A stretch of 62,677 nt of DNA from Flavobacteriales bacterium (GTDB taxonomy: Bacteria > Bacteroidota > Bacteroidia > UBA4408), in the NCBI GenBank assembly GCA_040374085.1, contig JBEIVB010000005.1:1-62677 (forward strand). The letters run 5' to 3'. The position numbers were made by a program, and so were the translations under genes. This document shows, piece by piece, positions 47,659 through 57,671 of the stretch. The notes beneath the pieces are model-generated. The model was not told where the DNA came from, did no database searches, and saw only the letters and a program-made list of their open reading frames with translations. Each line of letters starts with the position of its first letter. Positions within the stretch are counted from its first letter, which is position 1.

Positions 47659-48897
47659 TCAGCAAGGCTGGGCACTGTGGTAAACATTCGAAATTTTATG
47701 GATGATGTGTTTGGGCGAATAGGAGGCTTCGGCTCCGGCTGAGATGGCTCCGCGATCCAGAGCGGGTTCAGACGCAATGCGTTCCAAAAGGCTACAAAAA
47801 TCGGGTGCGTTCGGTTCGGTCAACCACCCATTTTGTCCTTGACGAATCATTTCCGGTAAACCGCCCAATTGAAACGCCAGCACCGGGGTGCCGCATCGGT
47901 GGGCTTCGCTTACAACGTTTGGTAAATTATCGGCAAAAGAGGGGAAGAGCACCACATCGCAGGCAGAATAAACCATGGCCATCAACCGCTCATCGCGTAT
48001 GCTGCCTAAGCTGAGATAGGGTGCGTTTCCATCGCTCTTTCCCAAACCAACCAGGCGTATGGTTGGATGGTTGGCGAAGTGTTTTGCCGCCTCTTGAATG
48101 ATGGCGCCCCCTTTGCGTGGGTTTGACAGATCGAGGGACACAAACAAGGCCAGGAATTGGTTTTGAGGTAGGCCCAACACCGATCGGCACTCGGCTCGAT
48201 TCATAGGCCGAAACACTTCGTCGCCAAGTGGGTTGGGCACGGTGTGGTGCGGGTATTTCCCAAACAGGCTGCTGCGCTCAGATGCCTGCCTAATCCAATT
48301 GGATGGGGTGATGATGTGAAGGTTTTTAATTGCACTCAGACTCGCTTTTTTGATGGCCAAAAAAGGAGCGGCGTCTGCCGGATTGGCCAGCTGTGGGCAA
48401 TGAGCGCAATCGTTTTCAAACCCATGGCAATCGAGGGCGTAGTGGCAGCCGCCTGTAAACGGCGCTTGGTCGTGGAGGGTCCACACCACACGCTTGCCGC
48501 GCAGGGCATGGAAGAAGCTCGGATGGTGAACCAATCCCGAAACCCAATGAAGGTGAACCACATCCGCCTGCTGAAACAAAGCGGAGTTCTCGGGCCGGTG
48601 GGCAGAAAAAGGGGTGCTGAAGAGCTCGTAACCCGGAGGTTTGTTCCTAAGGTGCTGCAGACGCTGGTGCGGAGCCCTAAGGGGCAAGCCAAGTGCTTGA
48701 CCCGCTTCAAAGAACCTGCCGGTGTAGCGTGCAATACCGGTTGGAGGTGCATAAAAGGGTTGTCCGTTTGGGGTGCGGTTTGGGTTTAGATGCAACAACC
48801 CCGCTGTTATACCCGATGCCTGCTGGGCCTCGCACAAACGCCTCGCGGCAATGCCGGCTCCTCCGGTATCAAAGGTGCAAAGGTGCAGAACGTTCAT
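47659..48897 (-). CDS. Glycosyltransferase family 4 (WcaC-like)
   Basis: GGAGIAA, VHLHW, WTLHD..FTGGCHY, NPRKG, DNLPNVVSEA. Confidence 0.9.
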   Translation of the reverse strand: MNVLHLCTFDTGGAGIAARRLCEAQQASGITAGLLHLNPNRTPNGQPFYAPPTGIARYTGRFFEAGQALGLPLRAPHQRLQHLRNKPPGYELFSTPFSAHRPENSALFQQADVVHLHWVSGLVHHPSFFHALRGKRVVWTLHDQAPFTGGCHYALDCHGFENDCAHCPQLANPADAAPFLAIKKASLSAIKNLHIITPSNWIRQASERSSLFGKYPHHTVPNPLGDEVFRPMNRAECRSVLGLPQNQFLALFVSLDLSNPRKGGAIIQEAAKHFANHPTIRLVGLGKSDGNAPYLSLGSIRDERLMAMVYSACDVVLFPSFADNLPNVVSEAHRCGTPVLAFQLGGLPEMIRQGQNGWLTEPNAPDFCSLLERIASEPALDRGAISAGAEASYSPKHIIHKISNVYHSAQPC

Positions 48898-49109
48898 GGC
48901 AAGGATTGGTTTCGCAGGAATGGGGCACCTTCATCAAACAGACGTTATCCGTTTTCGATCTTGAATGTGGGAGTGCACGCGCTAAAATGTTGTCGGAAAT
49001 TGGCCTGCAATGCAGGGAGAGAAAAAAGATACGCAACGACATGCTGCTTTTGGGTACGCATCCAAATAACGTCAAATATACCCATGCTTCCAAACTCGGA
49101 ATGCTTGGG

Positions 49110-51782
49110 TTATTTCCCAAACAACCCTTTGAGTTTGTTTTCTGCCTCTTTTTTGAGCTTTTCTTCAGCCGCTTTTTTCGCTTTCTCTGCTTCTGCTTTA
49201 GCCTTTGCCTCCGCTGTTTTACGGGCTTTGTCTGCTTCGGTTTTCAAACGCTCGGTTTCTTGTTTCGCTTTTGCCTCAAGCAAGGCTTTTTGCTGTTCCA
49301 CCTCAGCTTTTGCCTTAGCTTCCAATGCGGCTTTCTCGCGCTCCAAGGCCTCTCGAGCCTGCTTCTCAACCTGATCTTTTAATCCTTTGGCGGCTTCCGC
49401 CAAACCCAACTCCAACTTGGGATTGCTCACGGTGCCTTTGATGTTGGCCGACAGGTTTACCCGGTCGCCCAGACGCACATTTCCGCCCATGGAATTGGCC
49501 TTGGCCGAGAGGCCCTGCACAAACGAGTTGCCCGCATTCCCCAACCGATCCATCGGAACGGCAGTGCGCAAACGGTAGTCGATGCGCTGATCAAAGTACT
49601 GGGTGCCTTCCAAGGTAACGGGCACGCCCGCAACGGGAAACGTAAAAGGAGAAACCAATATTTTTCCGTCGCTGAACGCAAAAGAAAGGTTTATGTTTTG
49701 CAAAGAAAGCCTCTTGTACTGCGGTGTTTGAAGGGCATCGGCCACCTGATTCAGCATGGGGAAGTTGCTGAGCACCACGTCATGGGTCTTTACGTTACCC
49801 GAGCCGGAAAGGGTGCTCAGGTTGGGCTGCATGGTGGGCAGCAATCGGCAAGAAAAGGCCATTTGAACGGAGGCAGAACCATCGACCTGCTTCAATATTG
49901 GGGTTAGTTTTTGAAGGGTGCCAAAGGTGTTGAATAAGGCGGGGATGCTGGCCCTGCCAAATTTCAGGCTCATAGAGGCAAAGGGCTTGGCAGGTTCTAT
50001 GGTATGGTAGATGCCGCCTACATTTAGTGTACCCCCAAGGGTTTGGGCCGAAAGGGTTTGCACGTCTATTTTGCCCGGAGCAACCAGAACCCGGCCTTCT
50101 ACATTCCGCATATCGAGGTTGCTGTACAACAAATGACCTATTTTTCCTTGCAGATCCAGTTCCAGGTTGGTAGGCACCTGAGGCGGAGCAGTGGCCGCGG
50201 CAGCGGTGTCGCTGGCAGGTGGCGTGATGCCCAAGAGCTCGTTGGCATCCAAGGTGCTCGATTGAAGGCTCAGTGTGCCCTGAAGTTTTTGGTTGCCCCA
50301 CATGTATCCCGGCAGGTTGTCTAAGGTGCCTTTCAGGTTTAGGTCGCTCTTGCCAACGGTCATGGCCATTTCCGAAAGGTTTATGTGTTCCGGACTGAAG
50401 GCCAGTGTAGCTTTTTCAATAGAAACGGGCTTGGATAAGGTGGCAGATTGATAACGCAACCCCGTTATGCTCAACAAACCTTTGGCTCCAATGCGGCTGT
50501 AGGCTTTGGAGGTAACCCACGACTGACGTAGGTTTAAGCCCACATCGGCAAGAAAGATGCCCGATAGTTTTTGGTCGTTTTCCAAGGGTACGCAACGGTG
50601 CAGGTTGCCCAAATCAATTTTGCCCTTGGCTTCCAGCACAACGGCCGGGTCGGATACGGGTTGGGTGAGGTTCATACGGGCATCCAAGAGGTTGCCGCCC
50701 AAGTTGGCATGAAAGCGACTGAGGTCCACCACCGTTTGGTCGGGCACGCCGGTGGGGTTGTGCACCCGAAGATTTACCTGCAAATCGGTTACGGCAAGGG
50801 GTAATTTCGGGTACTGAAAACGGCCGTTTTCTATGCTCAGCATCAAACCAAAGGCAGGAATGGTATTGGCGCTGTAAACGCCTTTTACAAAGGCATTGGC
50901 CGCCACGTTGCCCGATGCTTTCACGTCGGCAAAGGATTGGGTGTAGCAACCGGGTACCAAGGATAATATACTTTTAATATCTGCTTTCTTAAAGCGAAAG
51001 GTTAAGTCTACGATGGCATCGGTTTTCGGACGTGCAAACATACCTTCCATGCTCAGCTCTAGGTCGTTGATGAGAAGGGTGTTGTCGTTGAAACGAAAGC
51101 GAAATCCGGGCAGGTTGGCTTGTAGGGTAGCCTCCAAGCGAGTCTTGGCTTTGCGCAGGTAGCCAATGCCTCCATAGGAGAGCGACCAGGCATCTGCCTC
51201 TGTTAGGGTTTTCATGGTGAGGTCGTCTTGGCTAAAATCTCCTGCCAGTGTATGATTCAACCCCATCATCTCGGTCTGGAAGCCCATTTGCTTATCCTGA
51301 TAAAATAGGTAAGAATCGGTTAAGCTGAATTCAGACAGCTTCAGTTGGAAGGCGGTTTTTTCGGCTGTCTTGCTGTCTTCCTCTTTGGTCTTGGATATGT
51401 CCCAATTGGCTTTTCCGGTTGCGTTTACCAGTGCGCGAATGCGCGCGCCCTCTAACCGTATGCGTTTGATGTGGTAGGGCCCGCCCCGCAATACGCTCAT
51501 AAGGTTTAGGTTCACCGATATGCGTTTGGTATGAAGAAGAGTGTCTCCCTTGAAGTCGTCTTTGCCCACCACCGAAAGCTGATGTAAGGACAGCCCTACG
51601 TATGGAAAGGTGCGCAGAAAACTGAGGTCGAATTCTGCAAAGTCAACCTGTGCGTTTAGGTTTTGGTTGATGGTCTCTTTGGCCTTCAACAGGAGCTTGT
51701 CTTTGAACAAGAAAGGCAGCACTGCAGCGCTAAGAAGGAGCAGGGCAAGGGCAAGGCCAAGGAATTTTAGGGCGCGTTTCAT
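49110..51782 (-). CDS. AsmA family protein
   Basis: N-terminal TM anchor, repeated beta-groove-like segments, IKGTVSNPK, charged helical tail. Confidence 0.85.
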   Translation of the reverse strand: MKRALKFLGLALALLLLSAAVLPFLFKDKLLLKAKETINQNLNAQVDFAEFDLSFLRTFPYVGLSLHQLSVVGKDDFKGDTLLHTKRISVNLNLMSVLRGGPYHIKRIRLEGARIRALVNATGKANWDISKTKEEDSKTAEKTAFQLKLSEFSLTDSYLFYQDKQMGFQTEMMGLNHTLAGDFSQDDLTMKTLTEADAWSLSYGGIGYLRKAKTRLEATLQANLPGFRFRFNDNTLLINDLELSMEGMFARPKTDAIVDLTFRFKKADIKSILSLVPGCYTQSFADVKASGNVAANAFVKGVYSANTIPAFGLMLSIENGRFQYPKLPLAVTDLQVNLRVHNPTGVPDQTVVDLSRFHANLGGNLLDARMNLTQPVSDPAVVLEAKGKIDLGNLHRCVPLENDQKLSGIFLADVGLNLRQSWVTSKAYSRIGAKGLLSITGLRYQSATLSKPVSIEKATLAFSPEHINLSEMAMTVGKSDLNLKGTLDNLPGYMWGNQKLQGTLSLQSSTLDANELLGITPPASDTAAAATAPPQVPTNLELDLQGKIGHLLYSNLDMRNVEGRVLVAPGKIDVQTLSAQTLGGTLNVGGIYHTIEPAKPFASMSLKFGRASIPALFNTFGTLQKLTPILKQVDGSASVQMAFSCRLLPTMQPNLSTLSGSGNVKTHDVVLSNFPMLNQVADALQTPQYKRLSLQNINLSFAFSDGKILVSPFTFPVAGVPVTLEGTQYFDQRIDYRLRTAVPMDRLGNAGNSFVQGLSAKANSMGGNVRLGDRVNLSANIKGTVSNPKLELGLAEAAKGLKDQVEKQAREALEREKAALEAKAKAEVEQQKALLEAKAKQETERLKTEADKARKTAEAKAKAEAEKAKKAAEEKLKKEAENKLKGLFGK

Positions 51783-51802
51783 GGGAACTAAGTTGATCTC
51801 AA

Positions 51803-51810
51803 CAAAGGTA
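51803..51810 (-). promoter_or_regulatory. -7 promoter element TACCTTTG for the AsmA gene
   Basis: TAnnTTTG 20 nt upstream of ATG 51782. Confidence 0.6.
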
Positions 51811-51859
51811 AGGGTTGTGTGTGCCCAATTCCCGGGTTCCGCTTGGGCAACTTATGAAT

Positions 51860-53278
51860 TTATTTTCCCCGGCCCTGCACCACAATAATTACCGTGTAGA
51901 TGAGGATTTTAAGATCCACCAGCAGCGACATGTTCTCCAAGTAGAGGAGGTCGTAGGTAAGACGCTCAATCATCTCATCTACGTTTTCTGCATAACCGTA
52001 TTTCACTTGTCCCCAGCTGGTGATGCCGGGCTTTACTTTGTGCAGAAGCTTGTAGTGCGGGGCTTTGCGACAGATTTGGTCGATGAAGTACTGCCGTTCG
52101 GGCCTTGGGCCTACCAGCGCCATGTCTCCAATAAGAACGTTGTAAAATTGAGGCAACTCATCGAGACGTACTTTTCGCATGAACCGGCCGAAGGAGGTGA
52201 TGCGCGGATCTTCTTTGCTGGATAATGCGGGACCATTCAGCTCTGCATTGGCCACCATAGACCGAAACTTATACATGCGAAACGGCTTTCCGTGCAGCCC
52301 GATGCGTTCGTGGAAATAGAAGATGGGGCCTTGGCTTCCGGTTCTAACCAACAGTGCGGTAATGAGGTAAACGGGACTGAGCAAGATGAGGGCCAATATG
52401 GAAACCAGCACATCGAGGCTGCGTTTGGCGATGCGCTCCCAGGGCTCCAGAGAGGCGTGGGTTAGCTCGATGAGGGGCGCACCAAAAATGGCGGTCATGC
52501 GCACGCTGCCGGCCAAGATGTCGTATTCATCGGGTATGAGTTTCACTACTACCGGCGTTGCCTCCAGCTCGTCGAGGATGCGCTTGAGGTAGGCATGCTC
52601 CCAAGATTCAATGGCGATGATGACTTCCTCAATGCCTTTCTCTTGAATGACGTTCTTTAAATCACTCAATTCCCCCAGATGGGGCAGGTGGTGCTTCAGA
52701 AGATGGCCGGTTCCGTTCTTGTTTTCGATGTGCAAAAAACCCACAAAACGCGTTCCCGTTCCCAGAGGCATGGATTCCATTTCCTGGAAAAGCCTCATGG
52801 CGTTTTGGTTGGAACCAATCAGCAAGGTGGGAAAGCCAATGATGCGCTTGTGCACCCTCCTTACCACATAGGTTGCCAGAATGAGGCGGGGAGGATAACT
52901 TACCAGGAATTGGACTGCGTATAGAGCGGCTAAACTTTTATAATATGTTTTGTATGAGGCAATCTGATCGTCGAGCAGAAGCAAGAAGAAAAGGATGATG
53001 CTGCCTACCAGAATCACCCATAAGGTTTTCAGAAGCTCCTTTAAGCGCGAACGCCTGAGCACCTGATGGTAAAAACCGAACAGGGCGTAGAGTATGATCC
53101 AAAATATGGGCACCAAGGTTAGGCCCAAACGAAACTGGGGGTCGAGCCAAAGGTCGCGGGCATTGAGGTCGAAAAAACCTTCAATGGATGTTTTCCGAAA
53201 CCACACAAACAAGGTCCACGCCACGATTCCGCTCAGGTAATCGGAGATGATGTGGAGGATTCGGATGCGTTGCTGCAT
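51860..53278 (-). CDS. Priming phosphoglycosyl transferase (WcaJ/WbaP-like)
   Basis: KRSLD, YKFRSM, DPRIT, RLDELPQ, VGPRPE, KPGITSWGQV. Confidence 0.93.
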   Translation of the reverse strand: MQQRIRILHIISDYLSGIVAWTLFVWFRKTSIEGFFDLNARDLWLDPQFRLGLTLVPIFWIILYALFGFYHQVLRRSRLKELLKTLWVILVGSIILFFLLLLDDQIASYKTYYKSLAALYAVQFLVSYPPRLILATYVVRRVHKRIIGFPTLLIGSNQNAMRLFQEMESMPLGTGTRFVGFLHIENKNGTGHLLKHHLPHLGELSDLKNVIQEKGIEEVIIAIESWEHAYLKRILDELEATPVVVKLIPDEYDILAGSVRMTAIFGAPLIELTHASLEPWERIAKRSLDVLVSILALILLSPVYLITALLVRTGSQGPIFYFHERIGLHGKPFRMYKFRSMVANAELNGPALSSKEDPRITSFGRFMRKVRLDELPQFYNVLIGDMALVGPRPERQYFIDQICRKAPHYKLLHKVKPGITSWGQVKYGYAENVDEMIERLTYDLLYLENMSLLVDLKILIYTVIIVVQGRGK

Positions 53279-53307
53279 GAAGAGCGCGAAAAAAGAAAAA
53301 ACGCGGG

Positions 53308-53315
53308 CAAAGTTA
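53308..53315 (-). promoter_or_regulatory. -7 promoter element TAACTTTG
   Basis: TAnnTTTG 29 nt upstream of ATG 53278. Confidence 0.55.
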
Positions 53316-53360
53316 GATTATTGCACGCATCTCCTCAGCATGGCTGCATGATGCGCAGAG

Positions 53361-54500
53361 TCAGGGGTTTAGGGCCACCACCCGGAGGCTTGCCAAGGCT
53401 TTCCTGGCCCATGTAAGCGATTGTTCTGCAGAAGGAGATACCACCGTGATGTGGCCCATTTTTCGATTCGGTCGGGTCTCCCATTTTCCATACCAATGCA
53501 GGTAAACGCCGGGCATGGCCAGCATCTGTTCCTCACCCAAGAGCTGCGCAGATCCAACGTGTCCTTCGGCACCTAAGAGATTGGCCATGGCTCCGCTGCC
53601 CAAGGCCTCGGTGCTGCCGGGAGGCAACCCAAGCGCGCAGCGCACCAGCTGGTCAAACTGAGAGCTGCGGTTGGCCTCTATGGTGTGGTGTCCGCTGTTG
53701 TGGGGTCGGGGAGCTACTTCGTTGACCCACAGGCGGCCTTCGGTGTCGAGGAAAAGCTCCACAGCCAGGAGCCCCTCTATGGCAAAAGCACGCGCCACTC
53801 GCAAGGCCAACTCTTTGGCCTGTGCTTCAACGGCCCGCTCCACACGGGCCGGAGCCACTAAGAGCTCCACCAGGTTGGCGCCTTCCCTAAACACGCACTC
53901 CACCACATCGTAAACAGCCTCATCGCCCTCCGGCCAGCGCGCCACCAGAACCGATAGCTCTTTGTCGATGGACACCGCCTGCTCTAGGATACCCGGCTCA
54001 GAGAAGCTCGTTGGCAGGGCTTCGGCTGCAGACAATACCTTCACCCCGCGACCATCGTATCCACCTTTTCGAAGCTTGTGCACCACCGGAAAGCCAAACG
54101 GATTATCATGAACAGAAGGTTGTTTATCTACCAGCACAAACGGCGAGGTGGGAATGCCCTTTTCATGTAAAAAGGTTTTCTGCAGTCCTTTATCCTGTAT
54201 CACCTTCAAGGCGCTAGGGTTGGGCAACACCCGCTTTCCCATGCGTTTTAGGGCTTCAAGCGCCGAGGTGCTTACATGCTCAATCTCTATGACCACCGCA
54301 TCGGCCCCTTCTGCAAAAGCCAAAACGGCATCGTGATCGGTAAGAGAGGCGCACACAAAACGCTCAGCCAGGTGGGCGCAAGGCGCATTGGGGTCGGGGT
54401 CCATCACCCACCACTGCGCAGGGTAGGAGAGTCCGGCCTGAATGAGCATACGGCCCAGTTGTCCGCCTCCCAGTAAAGCCACAATCGGATTTGCCTTCAT
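53361..54500 (-). CDS. purK: N5-carboxyaminoimidazole ribonucleotide synthase
   Basis: LGGGQLGRM, GGYDGRG, NEVAPRPHNSGH, RKMGH; start ATG 54500. Confidence 0.96.
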   Translation of the reverse strand: MKANPIVALLGGGQLGRMLIQAGLSYPAQWWVMDPDPNAPCAHLAERFVCASLTDHDAVLAFAEGADAVVIEIEHVSTSALEALKRMGKRVLPNPSALKVIQDKGLQKTFLHEKGIPTSPFVLVDKQPSVHDNPFGFPVVHKLRKGGYDGRGVKVLSAAEALPTSFSEPGILEQAVSIDKELSVLVARWPEGDEAVYDVVECVFREGANLVELLVAPARVERAVEAQAKELALRVARAFAIEGLLAVELFLDTEGRLWVNEVAPRPHNSGHHTIEANRSSQFDQLVRCALGLPPGSTEALGSGAMANLLGAEGHVGSAQLLGEEQMLAMPGVYLHWYGKWETRPNRKMGHITVVSPSAEQSLTWARKALASLRVVALNP

Positions 54501-54536
54501 GCCCCGAAAGTAGCCCATTTTATTAGATTTGCCCGG

Positions 54537-56429
54537 ATGACAGAAAGAGGTATGGCCAAAGGTTGGAAGGCAGCAGGCTGGATGTGGATCGGTGTGGTGG
54601 GTTTGGTTTTGGCTTGGAAAGCCATCTTTCAGGCTTTCACTTGGGACGAGGCTTACACCTTTTCGGAGTATGTGCTGCGCGAATGGCGGCACGCGCCCGA
54701 TGCCAACTACAACCTCGGCAACCACCATATTTTAAACACCTGGCTTATGCGCCTGTGCAGCATGGCCTTTGGCGATGCGGAATGGAGCCTGCGTATGCCC
54801 AACCTGCTGGCTGGCTTCGGATATCTCCTTCTGGCGCGCAGCATGGCCTACCGATGGACAGCCGGTGCCGGGGCTTTCTTATGGTTGGTGGTGTGCACGG
54901 CCAACCCCTACCTCCTCGATTTTTTTACCGTGGCCCGTGGCTACGGACTGGCCACCACCGCCATCTTGTTGGCTTTGTTGGCCTCTGTCGATTTCCTGCA
55001 TACCGCTAAAAGCAGCAGGTTATGGTTGGCTCAGTTTTCCCTTGTTTGGGCGGGGTTGGCCAACCTCACCACCTTGTATGCTTTGTTGGCGGTGAACGCC
55101 GTGCTGGTTCTGCGTCTCGTGCTGCCTTCGGGTGCTGTTTACCGACGCGTAGGCGTATGGACGTCTTTCTCGGTACCGGCGGTTTTCCTTTGTTGGGCGG
55201 TGCCCTACGGCTTGTATTTGCAGGAAACGGGCAGCCTCTATTTTGGGGGCGCCAAGGGCTTTTGGCGCGATACCCTGTGGAGCTTGTTCAGCAACTCTTG
55301 CTACCTCGTGCCGGCCAGCTGGTATGCCTACCCGTTCCTCATCTGGGGGCGTTGGCTGTTGGTGGGGGTTTCCATTGCCTTGGGCTTTGCCGGCCTGGTC
55401 CGCTTGGCTCGAACCCAAGAGTGGGCGGCCCATCCTTTCACTTGGTTTCCGCTGTCCGCACTTGTCCTGGCCCTGGTGGGCAGCGGCTTGCACGTGGCTC
55501 TGGGAGCCAATACCCTCACAGACCGCACCGCCTTGTTTCTGCTGCCCTTGGCTCAATGCGCGGTAGGGTGGGGCATGCAAGCGTGGAGAAGCCGCATGTT
55601 GGCGGTGCCGGCCGCCCTGTTTGGAGTGGTTTTTCTGGGGGTAACCTGGAACGCCCGAAAAGTAGCCGAATGGCCCGATGATGCCTGCGCCAATGTGGCC
55701 GTGCAGCGCAATCTGGGGCGGCTTCAGGTAGGGGACCAAACCATGGGTATAGGCTTCCACCTTGAGCCCAGCCTCAACTATTACCGCTTGCGCAACCGCT
55801 TAGCCGGGCTCTCGCCCATACACCGCGAGGATGAGCCCAATTTTTGGCACAATCATTTTCTTATAAAAAAAGGCGCGGCCTTGCCGGCTTGGACAACCGT
55901 GGTAGATTCCTTTCCGGACGAGGAGATGGTGTGGGCAGAGGCCCATGGCTATCAGGATCGGGTTGTTTGGCAAGCCGGAACTTCCTTCCTGCCTACCGAT
56001 TCCCTTGGGGTGGGTCAGGAGCTAAGTGAGGCGCCCGGGGGCAGGCCTTTGCCCAGGGTGGGTAACGGAAAGGAGTTTGGTGGCACCCTAGAGGTTCCGC
56101 TTCTGGCATGCCCTCCACCCGCCTTGGGAACCGTAGCAATCGATGTTGAGGCATGGGTGATGAGGGCTCCTGGCGGCTCCGATGCCCGTCTGGTGGTGAG
56201 CATAGACCGTTCCGGTAACAACCTTCATTACGAAGGTTGGGCCCTCAACCAGTTTCCTGGTGATGCCGGCACCTGGCAGCGCGTGTTTATTCGCGTTTTT
56301 TCACCTCAAGGCCTCTTGCCCGGCTCCATTCTCAAAGCCTACCTTTGGCAAACCGGAATGGGGCTGGCATGGATGCGATCCTGTAGGGCCAAAGTCTTTG
56401 TGCGTACTCCCGGTAACCTAAAACCCTAA
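54537..56429 (+). CDS. GT-C fold membrane glycosyltransferase (PMT/ArnT-like) with C-terminal soluble domain
   Basis: TWDEAYT acidic loop after TM1, NHHILNT, SLRMP, ARGYG, many TM helices. Confidence 0.75.
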   Translation: MTERGMAKGWKAAGWMWIGVVGLVLAWKAIFQAFTWDEAYTFSEYVLREWRHAPDANYNLGNHHILNTWLMRLCSMAFGDAEWSLRMPNLLAGFGYLLLARSMAYRWTAGAGAFLWLVVCTANPYLLDFFTVARGYGLATTAILLALLASVDFLHTAKSSRLWLAQFSLVWAGLANLTTLYALLAVNAVLVLRLVLPSGAVYRRVGVWTSFSVPAVFLCWAVPYGLYLQETGSLYFGGAKGFWRDTLWSLFSNSCYLVPASWYAYPFLIWGRWLLVGVSIALGFAGLVRLARTQEWAAHPFTWFPLSALVLALVGSGLHVALGANTLTDRTALFLLPLAQCAVGWGMQAWRSRMLAVPAALFGVVFLGVTWNARKVAEWPDDACANVAVQRNLGRLQVGDQTMGIGFHLEPSLNYYRLRNRLAGLSPIHREDEPNFWHNHFLIKKGAALPAWTTVVDSFPDEEMVWAEAHGYQDRVVWQAGTSFLPTDSLGVGQELSEAPGGRPLPRVGNGKEFGGTLEVPLLACPPPALGTVAIDVEAWVMRAPGGSDARLVVSIDRSGNNLHYEGWALNQFPGDAGTWQRVFIRVFSPQGLLPGSILKAYLWQTGMGLAWMRSCRAKVFVRTPGNLKP

Positions 56430-56448
56430 CAACCCATCTCTTACCCCA

Positions 56449-57549
56449 ATGGCAAAACAAAAGAAAAGCAGCAAGGGCCTATCGCCTGCTTCCATGGCTT
56501 TCTTGGAAGCCTATCTCAACAACCCCGCTCCAACCGGATTCGAATCGGCCGGACAAAAGCTCTGGCTCAATTATATCAAGCCTTATGTAGACACCCACAT
56601 GGTGGATGCCTATGGCACCGTGGTGGGCATCATCAACCCCGATGCGCCCTACAAGGTGGTGCTCGAGGCCCACGCCGATGAAATCTCGTGGTTTGTGAGC
56701 TACATCACCTCAGACGGCTTCATCTATTTGAGGCGCAACGGAGGCAGCGACCATCAGATAGCCCCCAGCAAGCGTGTGAACATACACACCGAAAAAGGCA
56801 TGGTAAAAGCCGTGTTTGGTTGGCCGGCCATACACACCCGCGATGCTTCTAAAGAAGAGCCGCCATCCTTGCGCAACATCTTCCTTGACTGCGGTTGCCA
56901 CAGCCGCGATGAGGTTGAAAAGTTGGGCATACACGTGGGGTGCGTGGTTACCTACGAAGACACCTTTATGGTGTTAAACAATCGTTATTTCGTGGGCAGG
57001 GCATTGGACAACCGCGTGGGGGGCTTTATGATTGCCGAAGTAGCCCGCATGCTCAAAGAGAACAAACAAAAGCTGCCTTTTGGGCTCTACATTACCAACT
57101 CGGTGCAAGAAGAGGTGGGCCTCAGGGGAGCAGAGATGATTGTGCAGAAAATAAAGCCTCACGTAGCCCTTGTAACCGACGTTTGCCACGACACCCAAAC
57201 CCCCATGCTCAATAAAATTGCCAACGGCGACCTGGCCTGTGGAAAAGGTCCGGTGCTTACCTACGGTCCGGCAGTGCACAACAACCTCTTGAAGCAAATC
57301 ATAGAAGTAGCAAAAGCAAAAAAGATTCCCTTTCAGCGCCAGGCCGTATCCCGCGCTACCGGCACGGATACCGATGCCTTTGCCTACAATGGCGGAGGCG
57401 TGGTTTCGGCTTTGGTTTCATTGCCCCTACGCTATATGCACACCACCGTAGAAAGTGTGCACAAAGAGGACGTGGAAAACGTGATTCACCTCCTTTACCA
57501 CACCGTGCTCAGCCTCAAGGCCGGACATGACTTTCGTTACCTCAAGTAG
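56449..57549 (+). CDS. M42 family metallopeptidase
   Basis: EAHADEI, ALDNR, QEEVGLRGA, GTDTD, RYMHT. Confidence 0.95.
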   Translation: MAKQKKSSKGLSPASMAFLEAYLNNPAPTGFESAGQKLWLNYIKPYVDTHMVDAYGTVVGIINPDAPYKVVLEAHADEISWFVSYITSDGFIYLRRNGGSDHQIAPSKRVNIHTEKGMVKAVFGWPAIHTRDASKEEPPSLRNIFLDCGCHSRDEVEKLGIHVGCVVTYEDTFMVLNNRYFVGRALDNRVGGFMIAEVARMLKENKQKLPFGLYITNSVQEEVGLRGAEMIVQKIKPHVALVTDVCHDTQTPMLNKIANGDLACGKGPVLTYGPAVHNNLLKQIIEVAKAKKIPFQRQAVSRATGTDTDAFAYNGGGVVSALVSLPLRYMHTTVESVHKEDVENVIHLLYHTVLSLKAGHDFRYLK

Positions 57550-57635
57550 GCCCTCACTACCCGTTAAATGTTGTTAACCCATCCCTTCCCGTTTTTCATC
57601 TTCTAACCCAGACTTCATTGGGTGGCGAAAGTTTT

Positions 57636-57643
57636 TACTTTTG
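57636..57643 (+). promoter_or_regulatory. -7 promoter element TACTTTTG for the PPIase operon
   Basis: TAnnTTTG 28 nt upstream of ATG 57672. Confidence 0.6.
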
Positions 57644-57671
57644 CGCGACCTTAAAGCAGAAACTTACTTGT

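Noticed and set aside
54501-54728. N-terminal extension of PurK in the ORF track
   Set aside because: Overlaps the divergent GT-C gene; the family start matches ATG 54500
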